Assembly: GCF_014857065.1 (NCBI RefSeq)
Contig: NZ_CP046533.1
Coordinates: forward strand, 696,117-728,116
From: Candidatus Saccharimonadota bacterium
GTDB lineage: Bacteria > Pseudomonadota > Gammaproteobacteria > Enterobacterales > Enterobacteriaceae
Reading direction: 5' to 3'
Length of the DNA stretch: 32,000 nucleotides
Shown here: positions 9,938 through 20,025 of the stretch, piece after piece
Numbering within the stretch: position 1 is the stretch's first letter
Layout: every line of letters begins with the position of its first letter
Made by a program: the position numbers and the translations under genes
The notes under the pieces: generated by a model
What the model was told of the DNA's origin: nothing
What the model saw: only the letters and a program-made list of their open reading frames with translations
Database searches by the model: none

Positions 9938-11249
9938 GTTCTTGTTCTGAAATAGTAGTCCGTAATGTTACGGAACGTTTATGTGCGATTAATTTTTCGG
10001 ATTGTGCTAAAATTTTAATTGTAGGAGCTAATTTTAATAATCCTTCTTTGCTTAATTGTTGTACTGTTATTCTTTTTTGAAAATCGGTTAAATTTAGACC
10101 TGATTTAGTAGTGGTGCAACCATAAGTAGGTAATATATGATTAGTACCTGATGCGTAATCACCAGCTGATTCCGGCGACCAGTCGCCGAGAAATATTGAA
10201 CCAGCATTTGTAATATCATGCATTAAAGATCTTGGATATCTTGTTTGAATAATCAAGTGTTCTGGAGCATAGTTATTACTTATAGCTACACATTCTTTTA
10301 AATTTTTGGTGATTATTAATGAGCTATTTGATAATGATTGCCTAATAATTTTGTATCTGGGAAGTGATAATATTTGTTGTTCAATTTCTTTTTTTACTTT
10401 TTCGACTTGGTCAAGACTAGGCGTTAATAGAATTACTTGTGAATCTTGACTATGTTCTGCTTGGGATAATAAATCGGAAGCAATAAATTTTGGATTGGCG
10501 GTTTGATCCGCAATTATTAAAAGTTCTGAAGGACCTGCTAACATATCTATTGATATTCCATGTATTTCTTGACTAATTTGTTTTTTGGCTTCAGTTACCC
10601 AAACATTACCTGGACCAAATATCTTATTGACTTTTTTTATGGATTCAGTGCCAAACCCCATTGCAGCAATTGCTTGTGCTCCTCCTACTTGATATATTTC
10701 TTGTACGTTACATATGTATGCAGCATATAAAATTTCGTTAGCTATAGGTGGGGGTGAACACATAATAATATGTTTACATCCAGAAATTAACGCTGGTATC
10801 GCTAACATTAAGACAGTTGAGACTAATGGCGTTTCTTTTCCGCCGGGAATATAGAATCCTACTGAATTTAATGGGCGTACTATTTGTTGACATAACACAC
10901 CTGGTGTTGTTGTAACACTTATCTTCGGTAATTTTTGTGCTTCATGAAAAATAGTGATGTTTTTTTTTGCTGTATTTATTGCTTGTTTAGTATTGTCCAA
11001 TAATTTGTTTCGTGCTTGGTATATTGTAGCAGGAGTAATGCGAAATTGTTTTATGTTAATATTATCAAATTGTAAAGTTAGTGATCTGAGTGCATGATCT
11101 CCATTTGATTGTACTTGTTTTAATATATCATGTACAGTTGTAGTTACAAATTGCGATTTGGTTATAGATGGTCTAGTCAGTATTGTTGCTTTTTCTTCGT
11201 CAGAACATTTATGCCAAAATATTACTGCAGGATATTTATTAGATTTCAT
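9927..11249 (-). CDS. hisD: Histidinol dehydrogenase
   Basis: The 440-aa ORF shows YIPGG, GGAQAIAAMGFGTESI.KV.KIFGPGN, LLSQAEH..DSQVILLT, PEHLIIQ and GDYASGTNH.LPTYG, all as in E. coli HisD. Confidence 0.96.
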   Translation of the reverse strand: MKSNKYPAVIFWHKCSDEEKATILTRPSITKSQFVTTTVHDILKQVQSNGDHALRSLTLQFDNINIKQFRITPATIYQARNKLLDNTKQAINTAKKNITIFHEAQKLPKISVTTTPGVLCQQIVRPLNSVGFYIPGGKETPLVSTVLMLAIPALISGCKHIIMCSPPPIANEILYAAYICNVQEIYQVGGAQAIAAMGFGTESIKKVNKIFGPGNVWVTEAKKQISQEIHGISIDMLAGPSELLIIADQTANPKFIASDLLSQAEHSQDSQVILLTPSLDQVEKVKKEIEQQILSLPRYKIIRQSLSNSSLIITKNLKECVAISNNYAPEHLIIQTRYPRSLMHDITNAGSIFLGDWSPESAGDYASGTNHILPTYGCTTTKSGLNLTDFQKRITVQQLSKEGLLKLAPTIKILAQSEKLIAHKRSVTLRTTISEQEHGY

Positions 11250-11253
11250 ATAA

Positions 11254-12153
11254 TTATTCCATCATTTTTTCTATTGGTAACACCAGTATTGAACTTGCAC
11301 CGAGTTTTTTCAACTTTTCCATTGTTTCCCAAAATAAATTTTCATTACTTACCATATATATTGCCACTCGATGTTGATTTCCTGCTAGAGGCAATACTGT
11401 AGGACTTTCTGCTCCAGGTAGTAGATTAATAATTTCTTCTAACTTTTCAGTGGGTGCATGTAACATTATGTATTTTGATTCTCTAGCTTGAATTACTCCT
11501 TGAATGCGAATCATTAATTTGTTTATTAAAGATTGTTTGTTTGTTGATAGTTTTCCATCTCTTTGTATGAGGCATGCTTTGGAACGATAAATTACTTCTA
11601 CTTCACGTAATCCGTTAGCTTCTAACGTTGCCCCGGTAGATACCAAATCGCAAATAGCATCAGCTAATCCAGCTCGTGGCGCTACTTCTACAGAACCATT
11701 TAACAAACATGATTTAAAATTAATGTTTAATTTATCTAGGTATTGTTTAAGTAGATTGGGGTATGATGTCGCTATACGTTTATCTCGTAAAGAATTAGGT
11801 CCGTTCCATGGTTCATCTATTGGTACAGCCATAGATAATCTGCAATCTCCAAAATCCAGCCTACGTAACGTAAAATAATGTGGATTATTACCTTGAGATC
11901 GTCTAGTGAGTAATTCTTCTTCTAAAACGTTTTCTCCTATAATACCTAAATCTACTACTCCGTCCATTATTAAACCTGGAATATCATCGTCTCTTACTCT
12001 CATGATATCAATCGTCATATTTTCTGCAAAAGCTAACAATCGTTGTTGTTGTAAATTGATTTTTATTCCGCATTGTTCTAAAAGTTGTTGTGATTCTTTG
12101 CTTAATCTTCCAGATTTTTGCATTGCGATACGCAATCGTGATCTATTTGACAT
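11254..12153 (-). CDS. hisG: ATP phosphoribosyltransferase (long form)
   Basis: The 299-aa ORF shows [35 protein letters not shown] and the C-terminal regulatory domain. AAGGA lies 7 nt upstream of the ATG at 12153. Confidence 0.96.
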   Translation of the reverse strand: MSNRSRLRIAMQKSGRLSKESQQLLEQCGIKINLQQQRLLAFAENMTIDIMRVRDDDIPGLIMDGVVDLGIIGENVLEEELLTRRSQGNNPHYFTLRRLDFGDCRLSMAVPIDEPWNGPNSLRDKRIATSYPNLLKQYLDKLNINFKSCLLNGSVEVAPRAGLADAICDLVSTGATLEANGLREVEVIYRSKACLIQRDGKLSTNKQSLINKLMIRIQGVIQARESKYIMLHAPTEKLEEIINLLPGAESPTVLPLAGNQHRVAIYMVSNENLFWETMEKLKKLGASSILVLPIEKMME

Positions 12154-12470
12154 GATATTTCCTTATTAATTTACATATCACAATAATTTTATCTTACAAG
12201 GACGATTTATTTTATATGAGCTAGTTTACTAAATTATGAAGCATTATTAAAGTTAAAATTTGTAGTATTTAGAATAAAATTTAAGTATATAATCGTATTT
12301 TTATTTTTTACTGTTTATGTCCAATAGTTTATGTTAGTAAGTTATATGTTTTAAAATTAGTAATCTTGTTTGGATGTAATGCTTTCTAAAAATTTGTTTC
12401 AAATTTTAATTGTATATTTGTATAAAATTTTATTTAAAAATTAAATTAAAGTAATGCTTATTTTAATATT

Positions 12471-13946
12471 TTAATCAATTATATTTGAATATTTTTTATT
12501 TGTTGTGAGTTTAGTAAAATTTTCTAAATGTTTGAGCAATGAATATAGGAGCTGTGTCTTGGTTTTATTTTTTTTATGTATAGAGATGAGTAGCTTTAGT
12601 TTATAATCGTAATGCGATAGATAAGATTTGTTGAATGTTTTTTTTATATATTCTCCCCAATATTTTTGTTCGTAATCATTTAGTGTATTTGGAAAATTAC
12701 GCGCCCTATAATAGAATAGTAGAGGTTTTAAACGCTCATCAATAAAATCAATTTTTAGTTTTGGCAATATTTCTGGAGAACTGCAACGAATTTTATTCAT
12801 GGCTTTAAGATCAGGTGTTGTAAAAAAATTGTTGTAAAGTTTTGTATCTACATGTTTTGATGAGTAAGATGGAGTATGATATTTAATATCAGAGTAAATT
12901 GATGTGATTTTTTTGTTTATATTTTTACGATTTTTTTTTAAGTATATTAATTTACTATATTGTGTATTAATGTCTAATTCTAATCTGTTAATATCTTGCG
13001 GGCGTAATGTATTTATGGGCGCTAGTATGGGACATCTATTAATATGTACCAAATTGATAGATTCGTTGTTTTTTTCTAAATTTTTCTCAGTTAAAAATAA
13101 TTGTTCTTTCAATGTATTTATATCATTATCTAGTATCGTTTCTATATTATTGTTAATATCGCAGGTTATTAATATATTTGGATTATTGGGATGCCACATT
13201 ATTGGTGCTACACAGGTTATGTTTTTTTTATTAGCGTTATAAAATTTGTTAGAGACATATATTAACGGCTTCATCTTTGTTTTTTTGATTAATTTTCTTA
13301 TTTGTTGTTTTGTATGATATTTATGAAGGTAATTAAATAATTTTGGTTGCATTTTTAGCACTAATTTTGCCAGCTCTAAAGTAGCATTAACATCATGTAT
13401 AGCATCGTGATTATTAGTATGATTGATGTCATTGTGTTTGGTTAAATCTTTCAATTTAAAACTAGGTATTCCTTTTTTATTAATAGGCCAATTTATACCT
13501 TCTGGACGCAAAGTGTAGCATGCATGCATTACATTTAGTAAATCCCATCTTGAATTGCCACATTTCCAACTCCAACTATAAGGGTCAAAAAAATTTCTGT
13601 AAAAAATATTGCGACTGACTTCATCGTCGAATTTGATATTATTATAACCAAATATGCAAGTATTTGATTTACTAAATATTTGATGGATATATTTAGCGAA
13701 TTTAGCTTCTGTAATTCCTTTTTTTAATGCTTGTTGAGGTGTAATCCCATGGATAAGTACAGCTTCTGGTTCTGGTAGATAGTCATCACTAGGACGGCAA
13801 AAAAATGTTATAGGTTTTTCTGTTGGTATAAGATCTTTATTCGTTCTAATTCCTGCAAATTGAACTGGTTTATCTAATGCTGGGTTTTTACCAAAAGTTT
13901 CGTAATCATATATAAAAAAGTTTTTTTGTTTAAAAAATTTGTTCAT
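12471..13946 (-). CDS. sbcB: Exodeoxyribonuclease I
   Basis: The 491-aa ORF is colinear with E. coli SbcB. Shared strings are DYETFG..PALD.P.QFA.IRT, GYNN..FDDEV.RNIFYRNF.DPY.WSW, NSRWDLL.VM.ACY.LRPEGINWP, NAHDA..DV.AT and LVHIN.CP.LA. It retains the DEDDh exonuclease residues. Confidence 0.94.
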   Translation of the reverse strand: MNKFFKQKNFFIYDYETFGKNPALDKPVQFAGIRTNKDLIPTEKPITFFCRPSDDYLPEPEAVLIHGITPQQALKKGITEAKFAKYIHQIFSKSNTCIFGYNNIKFDDEVSRNIFYRNFFDPYSWSWKCGNSRWDLLNVMHACYTLRPEGINWPINKKGIPSFKLKDLTKHNDINHTNNHDAIHDVNATLELAKLVLKMQPKLFNYLHKYHTKQQIRKLIKKTKMKPLIYVSNKFYNANKKNITCVAPIMWHPNNPNILITCDINNNIETILDNDINTLKEQLFLTEKNLEKNNESINLVHINRCPILAPINTLRPQDINRLELDINTQYSKLIYLKKNRKNINKKITSIYSDIKYHTPSYSSKHVDTKLYNNFFTTPDLKAMNKIRCSSPEILPKLKIDFIDERLKPLLFYYRARNFPNTLNDYEQKYWGEYIKKTFNKSYLSHYDYKLKLLISIHKKNKTKTQLLYSLLKHLENFTKLTTNKKYSNIID

Positions 13947-14198
13947 ATTTAATTTATGGGACGACTGCTAATTAACCTTAATGATTTTGGGATAAACTTA
14001 CGATAACATATTCGTATAAGATGTATTAATGAATATCCAGTTTATGAATAGTTTAATATAATTATTTATACATTCATATAAATAGTACAGTTTTTGTATT
14101 ATAACGTTATGTAATTTTCTTTATTTTAATAAATTTTATTTTCTTATTGTGATATATTATGTCTTAATGTAATTTAATTAATTAAAGGTAATTAGTTC

Positions 14199-14519
14199 AT
14201 GGAATATTCAAAACCTTCTTTTTCTGATGTACTGGAGTTTGTACGTATGTTTCGTCGTAAAAATAAATTGCAAAGAGAAATTGCTGATAATGAAAGGAAG
14301 ATTCATGATAATCAAAAAAGGATTTTATTATTAGGTAATTTGAATGATTATATTAATTCTGGGTCATCTATTGATGATATAAAGGCAATCATTGCTAATA
14401 TGCGTGTTGACTATGAAGATCGTATAGATGAATATATTATCAAAAATGCTGAATTTTCAAAAGAAAAACGGGAATTGTCTAAAAAATTGAAATCTTTTGG
14501 GAAAACAGAGGAAATTTAG
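14199..14519 (+). CDS. yeeX: UPF0265 family protein YeeX
   Basis: The 106-aa ORF is near-identical in long stretches to E. coli YeeX as I recall it ([61 protein letters not shown]). AAAGG lies upstream of the ATG. Confidence 0.9.
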   Translation: MEYSKPSFSDVLEFVRMFRRKNKLQREIADNERKIHDNQKRILLLGNLNDYINSGSSIDDIKAIIANMRVDYEDRIDEYIIKNAEFSKEKRELSKKLKSFGKTEEI

Positions 14520-14759
14520 TACATATTAGATAATTTAATTACATATTCCACTCAATTTAATTAATCATTAGTTAGTGAATATTTCAATTTAATATGTTGT
14601 TGTTTCGTTTTTGCGATTAAATAATTATAATTTTATATTATAATGAATTTCCTGTCCCAATTTGCTTTATTTATATAAACGAGGATACATATTATCATAG
14701 ACATTGTAATTATAATTACGTTAAGGATAAATTACAAGTTAGATTATTATGTGATTTTG

Positions 14760-15752
14760 ATGAACAAGATTATTAATGATGTGCAATTAGATACTCAATT
14801 ATTGACTTATGCTAAAGAAACTTTAGCTATTGAAATTGCTGAAGCACAGAGGATGTTATATCATTTAGATGATAATTTAATTGTAGCTTGTAAGATAGTT
14901 TTAAATTGTACAGGTAAAGTTGTTGTGATGGGCATGGGAAAATCTGGACATATAGGTAAAAAAATTGCGGCATCTTTAGCTAGCACCGGTACTCCATCTT
15001 TTTTTATTCATCCTACAGAAGCTCTACATGGAGATTTAGGTATGATTAGTAATCAAGATGTAGTTATCTTTATTTCTTATTCCGGTTTTAATTGTGAATT
15101 TGATATTTTGATGCCATTACTAAATGAAAATTCTATTCCAGTCATAGCTTTTACTGGAAATATTACATCTTCTTTAGCTAAATCAGCTACATGTGTGTTG
15201 AATATTAATATTGAAAGAGAAGCTTGTCCAATGGAATTATCTCCTACTTCAAGCACGGTAAATACATTAATGATGGGTGATGCATTGACGATGGCAGTAA
15301 TGCGTCAACGTGGTTTTAGTATTGAACAATTTGCAAGATCTCATCCAGGAGGTGCATTAGGATCTCAATTATTAAATAGAGTACGTCATGTAATGCGTGT
15401 GGGTGATCAAACAGCTAAAGTAACTTTTCAAGTGACAGTAATGGATGCCATGTTTGAGTTAAGTCGTACTGGATTAGGTTTAACTGCAATATGTGATAAT
15501 TTGAGTCATGTTCTGGGGGTTTTTACTGACGGTGATTTGCGTCGTTGGTTAGTCAAAGGTAAGTCTTTAAATGATTCTATTTTAAAAGCAATGACCAAAC
15601 CGGGTTACCAATTATTAGAAAGTTTACGAGTAAGAAATGCAATAGATATTTTTTATAAATATAAAATTACAGCCGCTCCTGTAGTTAATGTTGATGGGTT
15701 ACTAGTAGGTGCGATCAGTATGCATGATTTACGTAAAGTCAATATTGGATAA
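14760..15752 (+). CDS. gutQ: Arabinose-5-phosphate isomerase, GutQ type (SIS + tandem CBS domains)
   Basis: The product shows GKVVVMGMGKSGHIGKKIAASLASTGTPSFFIHPTEALHGDLGMI, EREACPM.L.PTSSTVNTLMMGDAL.MAVM..RGF..E.FARSHP.GALG, VMDAM.ELSRTGLGL, GVFTDGDLRRWLV and KITAAPVV. These match my recollection of E. coli GutQ more closely than KdsD. The track ORF begins at GTG 14751. I used ATG 14760. No Shine-Dalgarno sequence is evident for either. Confidence 0.88.
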   Translation: MNKIINDVQLDTQLLTYAKETLAIEIAEAQRMLYHLDDNLIVACKIVLNCTGKVVVMGMGKSGHIGKKIAASLASTGTPSFFIHPTEALHGDLGMISNQDVVIFISYSGFNCEFDILMPLLNENSIPVIAFTGNITSSLAKSATCVLNINIEREACPMELSPTSSTVNTLMMGDALTMAVMRQRGFSIEQFARSHPGGALGSQLLNRVRHVMRVGDQTAKVTFQVTVMDAMFELSRTGLGLTAICDNLSHVLGVFTDGDLRRWLVKGKSLNDSILKAMTKPGYQLLESLRVRNAIDIFYKYKITAAPVVNVDGLLVGAISMHDLRKVNIG

Positions 15753-15862
15753 GTATGAGAATAATCTGTGGCATTTGAGTTAAAATATTTTGAAATTTTT
15801 ATTTACTTAATTTACATTATTGGATAATTGGTTCTAGGTGTTTAGTTTTAAGAATTGGAAAA

Positions 15863-15935
15863 CTCCCCTGACTGGGCTCGAACCAGTGACATACGGATTA
15901 ACAGTCCGCTGTTCTACCAACTGAACTACAGAGGA
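15863..15935 (-). tRNA. asnT: tRNA-Asn (anticodon GUU)
   Basis: The minus strand reads TCCTCTGTAGTTCAGTTGGTAGAACAGCGGACTGTTAATCCGTATGTCACTGGTTCGAGCCCAGTCAGGGGAG. It folds as a cloverleaf with anticodon loop CTGTTAA and is nearly identical to E. coli tRNA-Asn. No CCA is encoded (next bases TTTTCC). Confidence 0.95.
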
Positions 15936-15947
15936 ATTGTAGGCAAT

Positions 15948-15974
15948 ATTATATGTTCATTGAAGTAATGTCAA
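15948..15974 (-). promoter_or_regulatory. Sigma-70-like promoter for tRNA-Asn
   Basis: The minus strand reads TTGACA (15974-15969), a 15-nt spacer, then TATAAT (15953-15948). With a 17-nt spacer the -10 would be TAATAT. The -10 ends 12 nt before the mature tRNA 5' end. Both hexamers are at consensus, but AT-rich DNA produces many -10-like hexamers. Confidence 0.5.
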
Positions 15975-16135
15975 CCAAATTAGGATGTATTATTAAATTT
16001 GTGAAGTTTTTCTTTGCTTATTTATGTTTAAATTAGTTTTAAAAATTTATATGTGTTTAGAAAATTATTTAAAAATGTTACGTAATAACCGGTATGTTTT
16101 AAAGATTCTACTATAGCAAGAAATTGTTTTAAAAT

Positions 16136-16225
16136 GGAGAGATGCCGGAGCGGATAAACGGGACAGTTTCGAAAACTGTTAGGAAATAAAAATTTTCTTC
16201 AAGGGTTCGAATCCCTTTCTCTCCT
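16136..16225 (+). tRNA. serU: tRNA-Ser (anticodon CGA), class II with long variable arm
   Basis: The sequence is GGAGAGATGCCGGAGCGGATAAACGGGACAGTTTCGAAAACTGT...AAGGGTTCGAATCCCTTTCTCTCCT. The acceptor, D and T arms match E. coli serU. The anticodon loop is TTCGAAA. No CCA is encoded (next bases TATG). Confidence 0.93.
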
Positions 16226-16434
16226 TATGTACTTAAGGATTTGGAATGTTGTTTTTATATGAATAATTGAATTCTCCGTGCGATTGATATGATCATCTAT
16301 TTTACATTTTATTTATGTTTTTAATGTTTTTGATTTATCAATTCTGTTGTATTTGCTTCTTTTCTAATATCTAAATTTTATTAATTCTTAATTTTGTTTA
16401 CTAAATATCAAAACCATTTTGGCGTTTGCGATGA

Positions 16435-16521
16435 CGGTGAGGAAGGGATTCGAACCCTTGATGCATATTAACACATTCACACTTTCCAGGCGTGCTCCTT
16501 CAACCACTCGGACACCTCACC
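16435..16521 (-). tRNA. serX: tRNA-Ser (anticodon GGA), class II
   Basis: The minus strand reads GGTGAGGTGTCCGAGTGGTTGAAGGAGCACGCCTGGAAAGTGTG...AAGGGTTCGAATCCCTTCCTCACCG, with anticodon loop CTGGAAA. It closely resembles E. coli serW/serX. No CCA is encoded (next bases TCAT). Confidence 0.93.
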
Positions 16522-16545
16522 CCATAATTACAATTATCTAAGTTT

Positions 16546-16574
16546 ATTTTAGTTTTTTAATATTTTTCGGTCAA
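16546..16574 (-). promoter_or_regulatory. Sigma-70-like promoter for tRNA-Ser(GGA)
   Basis: The minus strand reads TTGACC (16574-16569), a 17-nt spacer, then TAAAAT (16551-16546). This is about 24 nt upstream of the tRNA 5' end. Confidence 0.4.
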
Positions 16575-16673
16575 GGATATTTTATGTCTAAAAAATTTAG
16601 ATTTTTATCGTTGTCAATTTAAATTTTACATGAACAAGTAATGTAAGATGATTTAGAATTGAAAAATAGAATT

Positions 16674-17897
16674 TTATTTTTTTTTGTTTTTATGAACTTT
16701 ATTATTAATTGATGTTTTAATATTATTATGTTGGAATTGGCAATATAATCCGAGTAGAGTAACTATTCCAATTAATCCTAACATACACCATGGTAATTCA
16801 GGAATATTTAATTTATTACCTATATCATACAACCAACCGCTACCTCCGTAACCTATAATGCCTCCCAAAGCAAGACCTAATCTGCTAAACCCCATGTAAC
16901 TACTACGTGCTTTATGATTTACAAAAGATGCTCCTAAGGTTTCTCGTGCTGGTTCAGCAATGATAGATCCTATATAAAATAAACTGATTAATACTAATAA
17001 AGTACGTAAATTTTGAATTAGTCCAATAGGAAATAAACTGACTAACATAATAGTTAAACCAGTCATTAATCTTGTTTCTAATTTAAATCTTTTTTCACTC
17101 CAACAAGAAATAGGATAAAGTAATAACAAAGACAAAGTTGCTTCTATAGTATACATCCATCTTACAGCTGATGGCTGGCCTGCGACTTCATTAACACGTA
17201 TGGGTAACATTAACATTACTTGTATGGATAGCATATAATAACCAGTTAAAGTTAAAACGTATGTTACAAATCTATGATCATGTAATACTTTTTTTATACC
17301 TTCCAACAAAGAGATTTTTATAGTAGATACACGATATGCAGGTAATTGCCAGGCATTAAAAATTGCTGCTAGCATAAATAATGCTGAGCCAGTTAAACAA
17401 ACAAATTTAAAATCGTACTTTAATAACCAACTACCTAATAAAGTACCTATGATTGCACACAGACTATCTTCTAACATTAATAAAGAATAAAATCGTCCAC
17501 GTTCCCAAGGTCTGATTAATTTCATAATTAATGCTGTACGTGGAGGATCAAATAAAGTTCCTCCTAATGCTGAAAAAATACATGCAAGCCATAATAACCA
17601 TGGTGTATCTGCTAGGCTCATAATAATTAATCCAATAGCACGCATTAACATGCCAGAAACAATCATTGGTTTTGCTCCTAATTTATCTGCAAATGCTCCA
17701 CTAAAGATTCCTAATCCTTGTTGAATTAATTGACGTAAACCTAATGCTATTCCCACTATTAATGCCGTCCAACCTAAATGTTCTATAAAATGTATAGAGA
17801 TAAATGGAAATACAACATAAAATCCCATTACTACTAACATGTTGTCCATGATTAAAAAATATTTTCTTAGGTTTCTAGCTTGTGATACTGAAAACAT
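16674..17897 (-). CDS. mdtH: MFS transporter MdtH (YceL)
   Basis: The 407-aa ORF is colinear with E. coli MdtH ([99 protein letters not shown]). It has 12 predicted hydrophobic helices. GGTGGA lies upstream of the ATG. Confidence 0.93.
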   Translation of the reverse strand: MFSVSQARNLRKYFLIMDNMLVVMGFYVVFPFISIHFIEHLGWTALIVGIALGLRQLIQQGLGIFSGAFADKLGAKPMIVSGMLMRAIGLIIMSLADTPWLLWLACIFSALGGTLFDPPRTALIMKLIRPWERGRFYSLLMLEDSLCAIIGTLLGSWLLKYDFKFVCLTGSALFMLAAIFNAWQLPAYRVSTIKISLLEGIKKVLHDHRFVTYVLTLTGYYMLSIQVMLMLPIRVNEVAGQPSAVRWMYTIEATLSLLLLYPISCWSEKRFKLETRLMTGLTIMLVSLFPIGLIQNLRTLLVLISLFYIGSIIAEPARETLGASFVNHKARSSYMGFSRLGLALGGIIGYGGSGWLYDIGNKLNIPELPWCMLGLIGIVTLLGLYCQFQHNNIKTSINNKVHKNKKK

Positions 17898-18415
17898 GTT
17901 CCACCATTAAATTTGGAAAAATTCATTTCTTATTCAAGTTGGTTATTGATGGTAATCATATAATACGATTGTATTAATCAATGTGGTTTTACTTATTTTG
18001 TGATAAAATTAATAATATTCAATTACGTATATTATAATACATTTAATAGTATAAATTTGTTTTTAAATAAATATTTTTTGATTATATTAAGGTCTGTAAT
18101 TTGTAATATTTCTGTAGGATCTATTTTGAAAAATTTTAAATTATGAATTAAAAAAAATATCAGAGAATGTTATTATTATAAATATTTTAATTATTAATTG
18201 CGATTATTGTCATATTTTGAAATTCAAATTTGGTAAATTTATATTTATTTCATTATTCCTTTCTTTGAATAATATTCAGTGATCTGGTTATAACTGGATG
18301 ATTAAATTATTATAATTAAGCTTATTGTTTACTGATTTTTATTCAAGTTATTCCGGATAATGAAAATGGATATTAATTAATAAATAATATTCCGCCTTGT
18401 AGTGTGATGAAGTTT

Positions 18416-19972
18416 ATGAATATTTTAAAATCTTTATATGCGGTTAGTATTATAACCATGTTTTCTCGTATATTAGGATTTATCCGTGATATTTTGATTG
18501 CAAGAATATTTGGTGTTGGTTTGATGACCGATGCTTTTTTTATAGCTTTCAAGTTACCTAATTTTTTACGTAGAATTTTTGCCGAAGGAGCTTTTTCTCA
18601 AGCCTTTATACCAATTTTAGTAGAATATAGGAAAACACAGGAAAAATCAGTTGTCCGTGCTTTTATTGCACATGTATCCGGATTATTGATATTTATATTA
18701 GTATTTGTTATTTTACTTGGTGTTCTTACTACTCCTTTTTTAATTAGTATATTTGCTCCTGGATTTATCAATATTAGGGAAAAGTTTACTTTAACCATTG
18801 ATTTGGCTAGAATAACTTTTCCTTATATTTTTTTTATTTCATTATCCTCTTTAATAGGAGCTATTCTTAATACTTGGAATATTTTTTTGTTACCTTCTAT
18901 TGCTCCTATACTTCTGAATATTAGTATAATAATTTTTGCTATGTTGGCTACTTCGTTTTTTTATCCTCCGATTATGGCATTGGCTTGGTCAGTGATAGTA
19001 GGTGGTATATTACAGTTAGTGTATCAACTTCCATATTTAAGTAAAATTGGTATGTTAGTAATACCTCATTTAAATTTTTTTAATTTTGGAATATGGAGGA
19101 TATTAAAATCGGTAGGTACGATAATCTTAGGTGTTTCTGTCAATCAAATATCTTTACTAATTAATACCATTTTCGCATCTTTTTTAGTTTCCGGTTCTGT
19201 GTCTTGGATATATTATGCAGATCGTCTTATGGAATTCCCTGTAGGTATTTTAGGAGTATCATTAAGTACTGTTTTATTACCGTTATTGTCTCGGTCATTT
19301 TCGGATAAAAATTTATATCACTATTCTTGTTTAATGGATTGGAGTTTAAGAATTTGTTTTATATTATCTTTGCCTAGTGCTTTATTATTAGGTGTTTTAG
19401 CTAAACCATTAGTTATAGTATTATTTCAATATGGTAATTTTTCGTCTTATGATGTATTAATGACTAAACAGGCTTTAGTTGCTTATTCTATAGGATTAGT
19501 GGGTTTAATTTTGGTAAGAATTTTATCTTCTGCATTCTATTCTTCTCATAATATACAAATTCCAGTGCGTATTTCTTTTATTGTATTAATTTTAACTCAA
19601 TTAATGAATATAGCTTTTATTATACCATTAAAACATGTTGGTTTATCTTTAGCTATTAGTTTAAGCGCTTGTTGTAATGCGGGTTTACTTTATTGGCAAT
19701 TGCGTGCAAATAAAATATTTAAACCACAACCTGGATGGTTAATATTTTTTTTGCGAATATTGTTAGCGTTAGGAATGATGTTAATTGTTACTGTGACGTT
19801 ACGTACCTTAATAATTGATTGGACTACTGGCGGCATGTTGTATAGGTTTTTACGTTTGATGAGTGTAATATCGGTAAGTTTTTTAGTTTATTTTATTAGC
19901 TTATGGTTTGTAGGAATTAGATTAAAAGATTTTCTTGATAAGTTTCGTTTTTATTCTTTTTACACAGATTAA
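18416..19972 (+). CDS. murJ: Lipid II flippase MurJ (MviN)
   Basis: The product is colinear with E. coli MurJ from MNILKSL.AVS..TMFSR.LGF.RD (FKLPN.LRRIFAEGAFSQAF.PIL.EY, YADRLMEFP.G.LGV.L.T.LLP.LS). The track ORF starts at GTG 18404. ATG 18416 reproduces the E. coli N-terminus (ATG 18407 is also possible). Confidence 0.94.
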   Translation: MNILKSLYAVSIITMFSRILGFIRDILIARIFGVGLMTDAFFIAFKLPNFLRRIFAEGAFSQAFIPILVEYRKTQEKSVVRAFIAHVSGLLIFILVFVILLGVLTTPFLISIFAPGFINIREKFTLTIDLARITFPYIFFISLSSLIGAILNTWNIFLLPSIAPILLNISIIIFAMLATSFFYPPIMALAWSVIVGGILQLVYQLPYLSKIGMLVIPHLNFFNFGIWRILKSVGTIILGVSVNQISLLINTIFASFLVSGSVSWIYYADRLMEFPVGILGVSLSTVLLPLLSRSFSDKNLYHYSCLMDWSLRICFILSLPSALLLGVLAKPLVIVLFQYGNFSSYDVLMTKQALVAYSIGLVGLILVRILSSAFYSSHNIQIPVRISFIVLILTQLMNIAFIIPLKHVGLSLAISLSACCNAGLLYWQLRANKIFKPQPGWLIFFLRILLALGMMLIVTVTLRTLIIDWTTGGMLYRFLRLMSVISVSFLVYFISLWFVGIRLKDFLDKFRFYSFYTD

Positions 19973-20025
19973 TTGTATTATCAGGACAAAATTTTTTGAG
20001 ATTTTGGTGATTTATTTTAATGTCT

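Noticed and set aside
12221-12244. A mini-ORF MLHNLVN lies on the minus strand upstream of hisG. I considered it as a his leader peptide.
   Set aside because: It has only one His codon, no run of His codons and no adjacent alternative hairpins, so it does not resemble hisL.
17930-18349. A direct 11-mer repeat TTATTCAAGTT occurs at 17930-17940 and 18339-18349, in the mdtH-murJ spacer.
   Set aside because: By rough estimate about 0.3 such matches are expected by chance in a 500-nt AT-rich spacer. The flanks do not extend the repeat.
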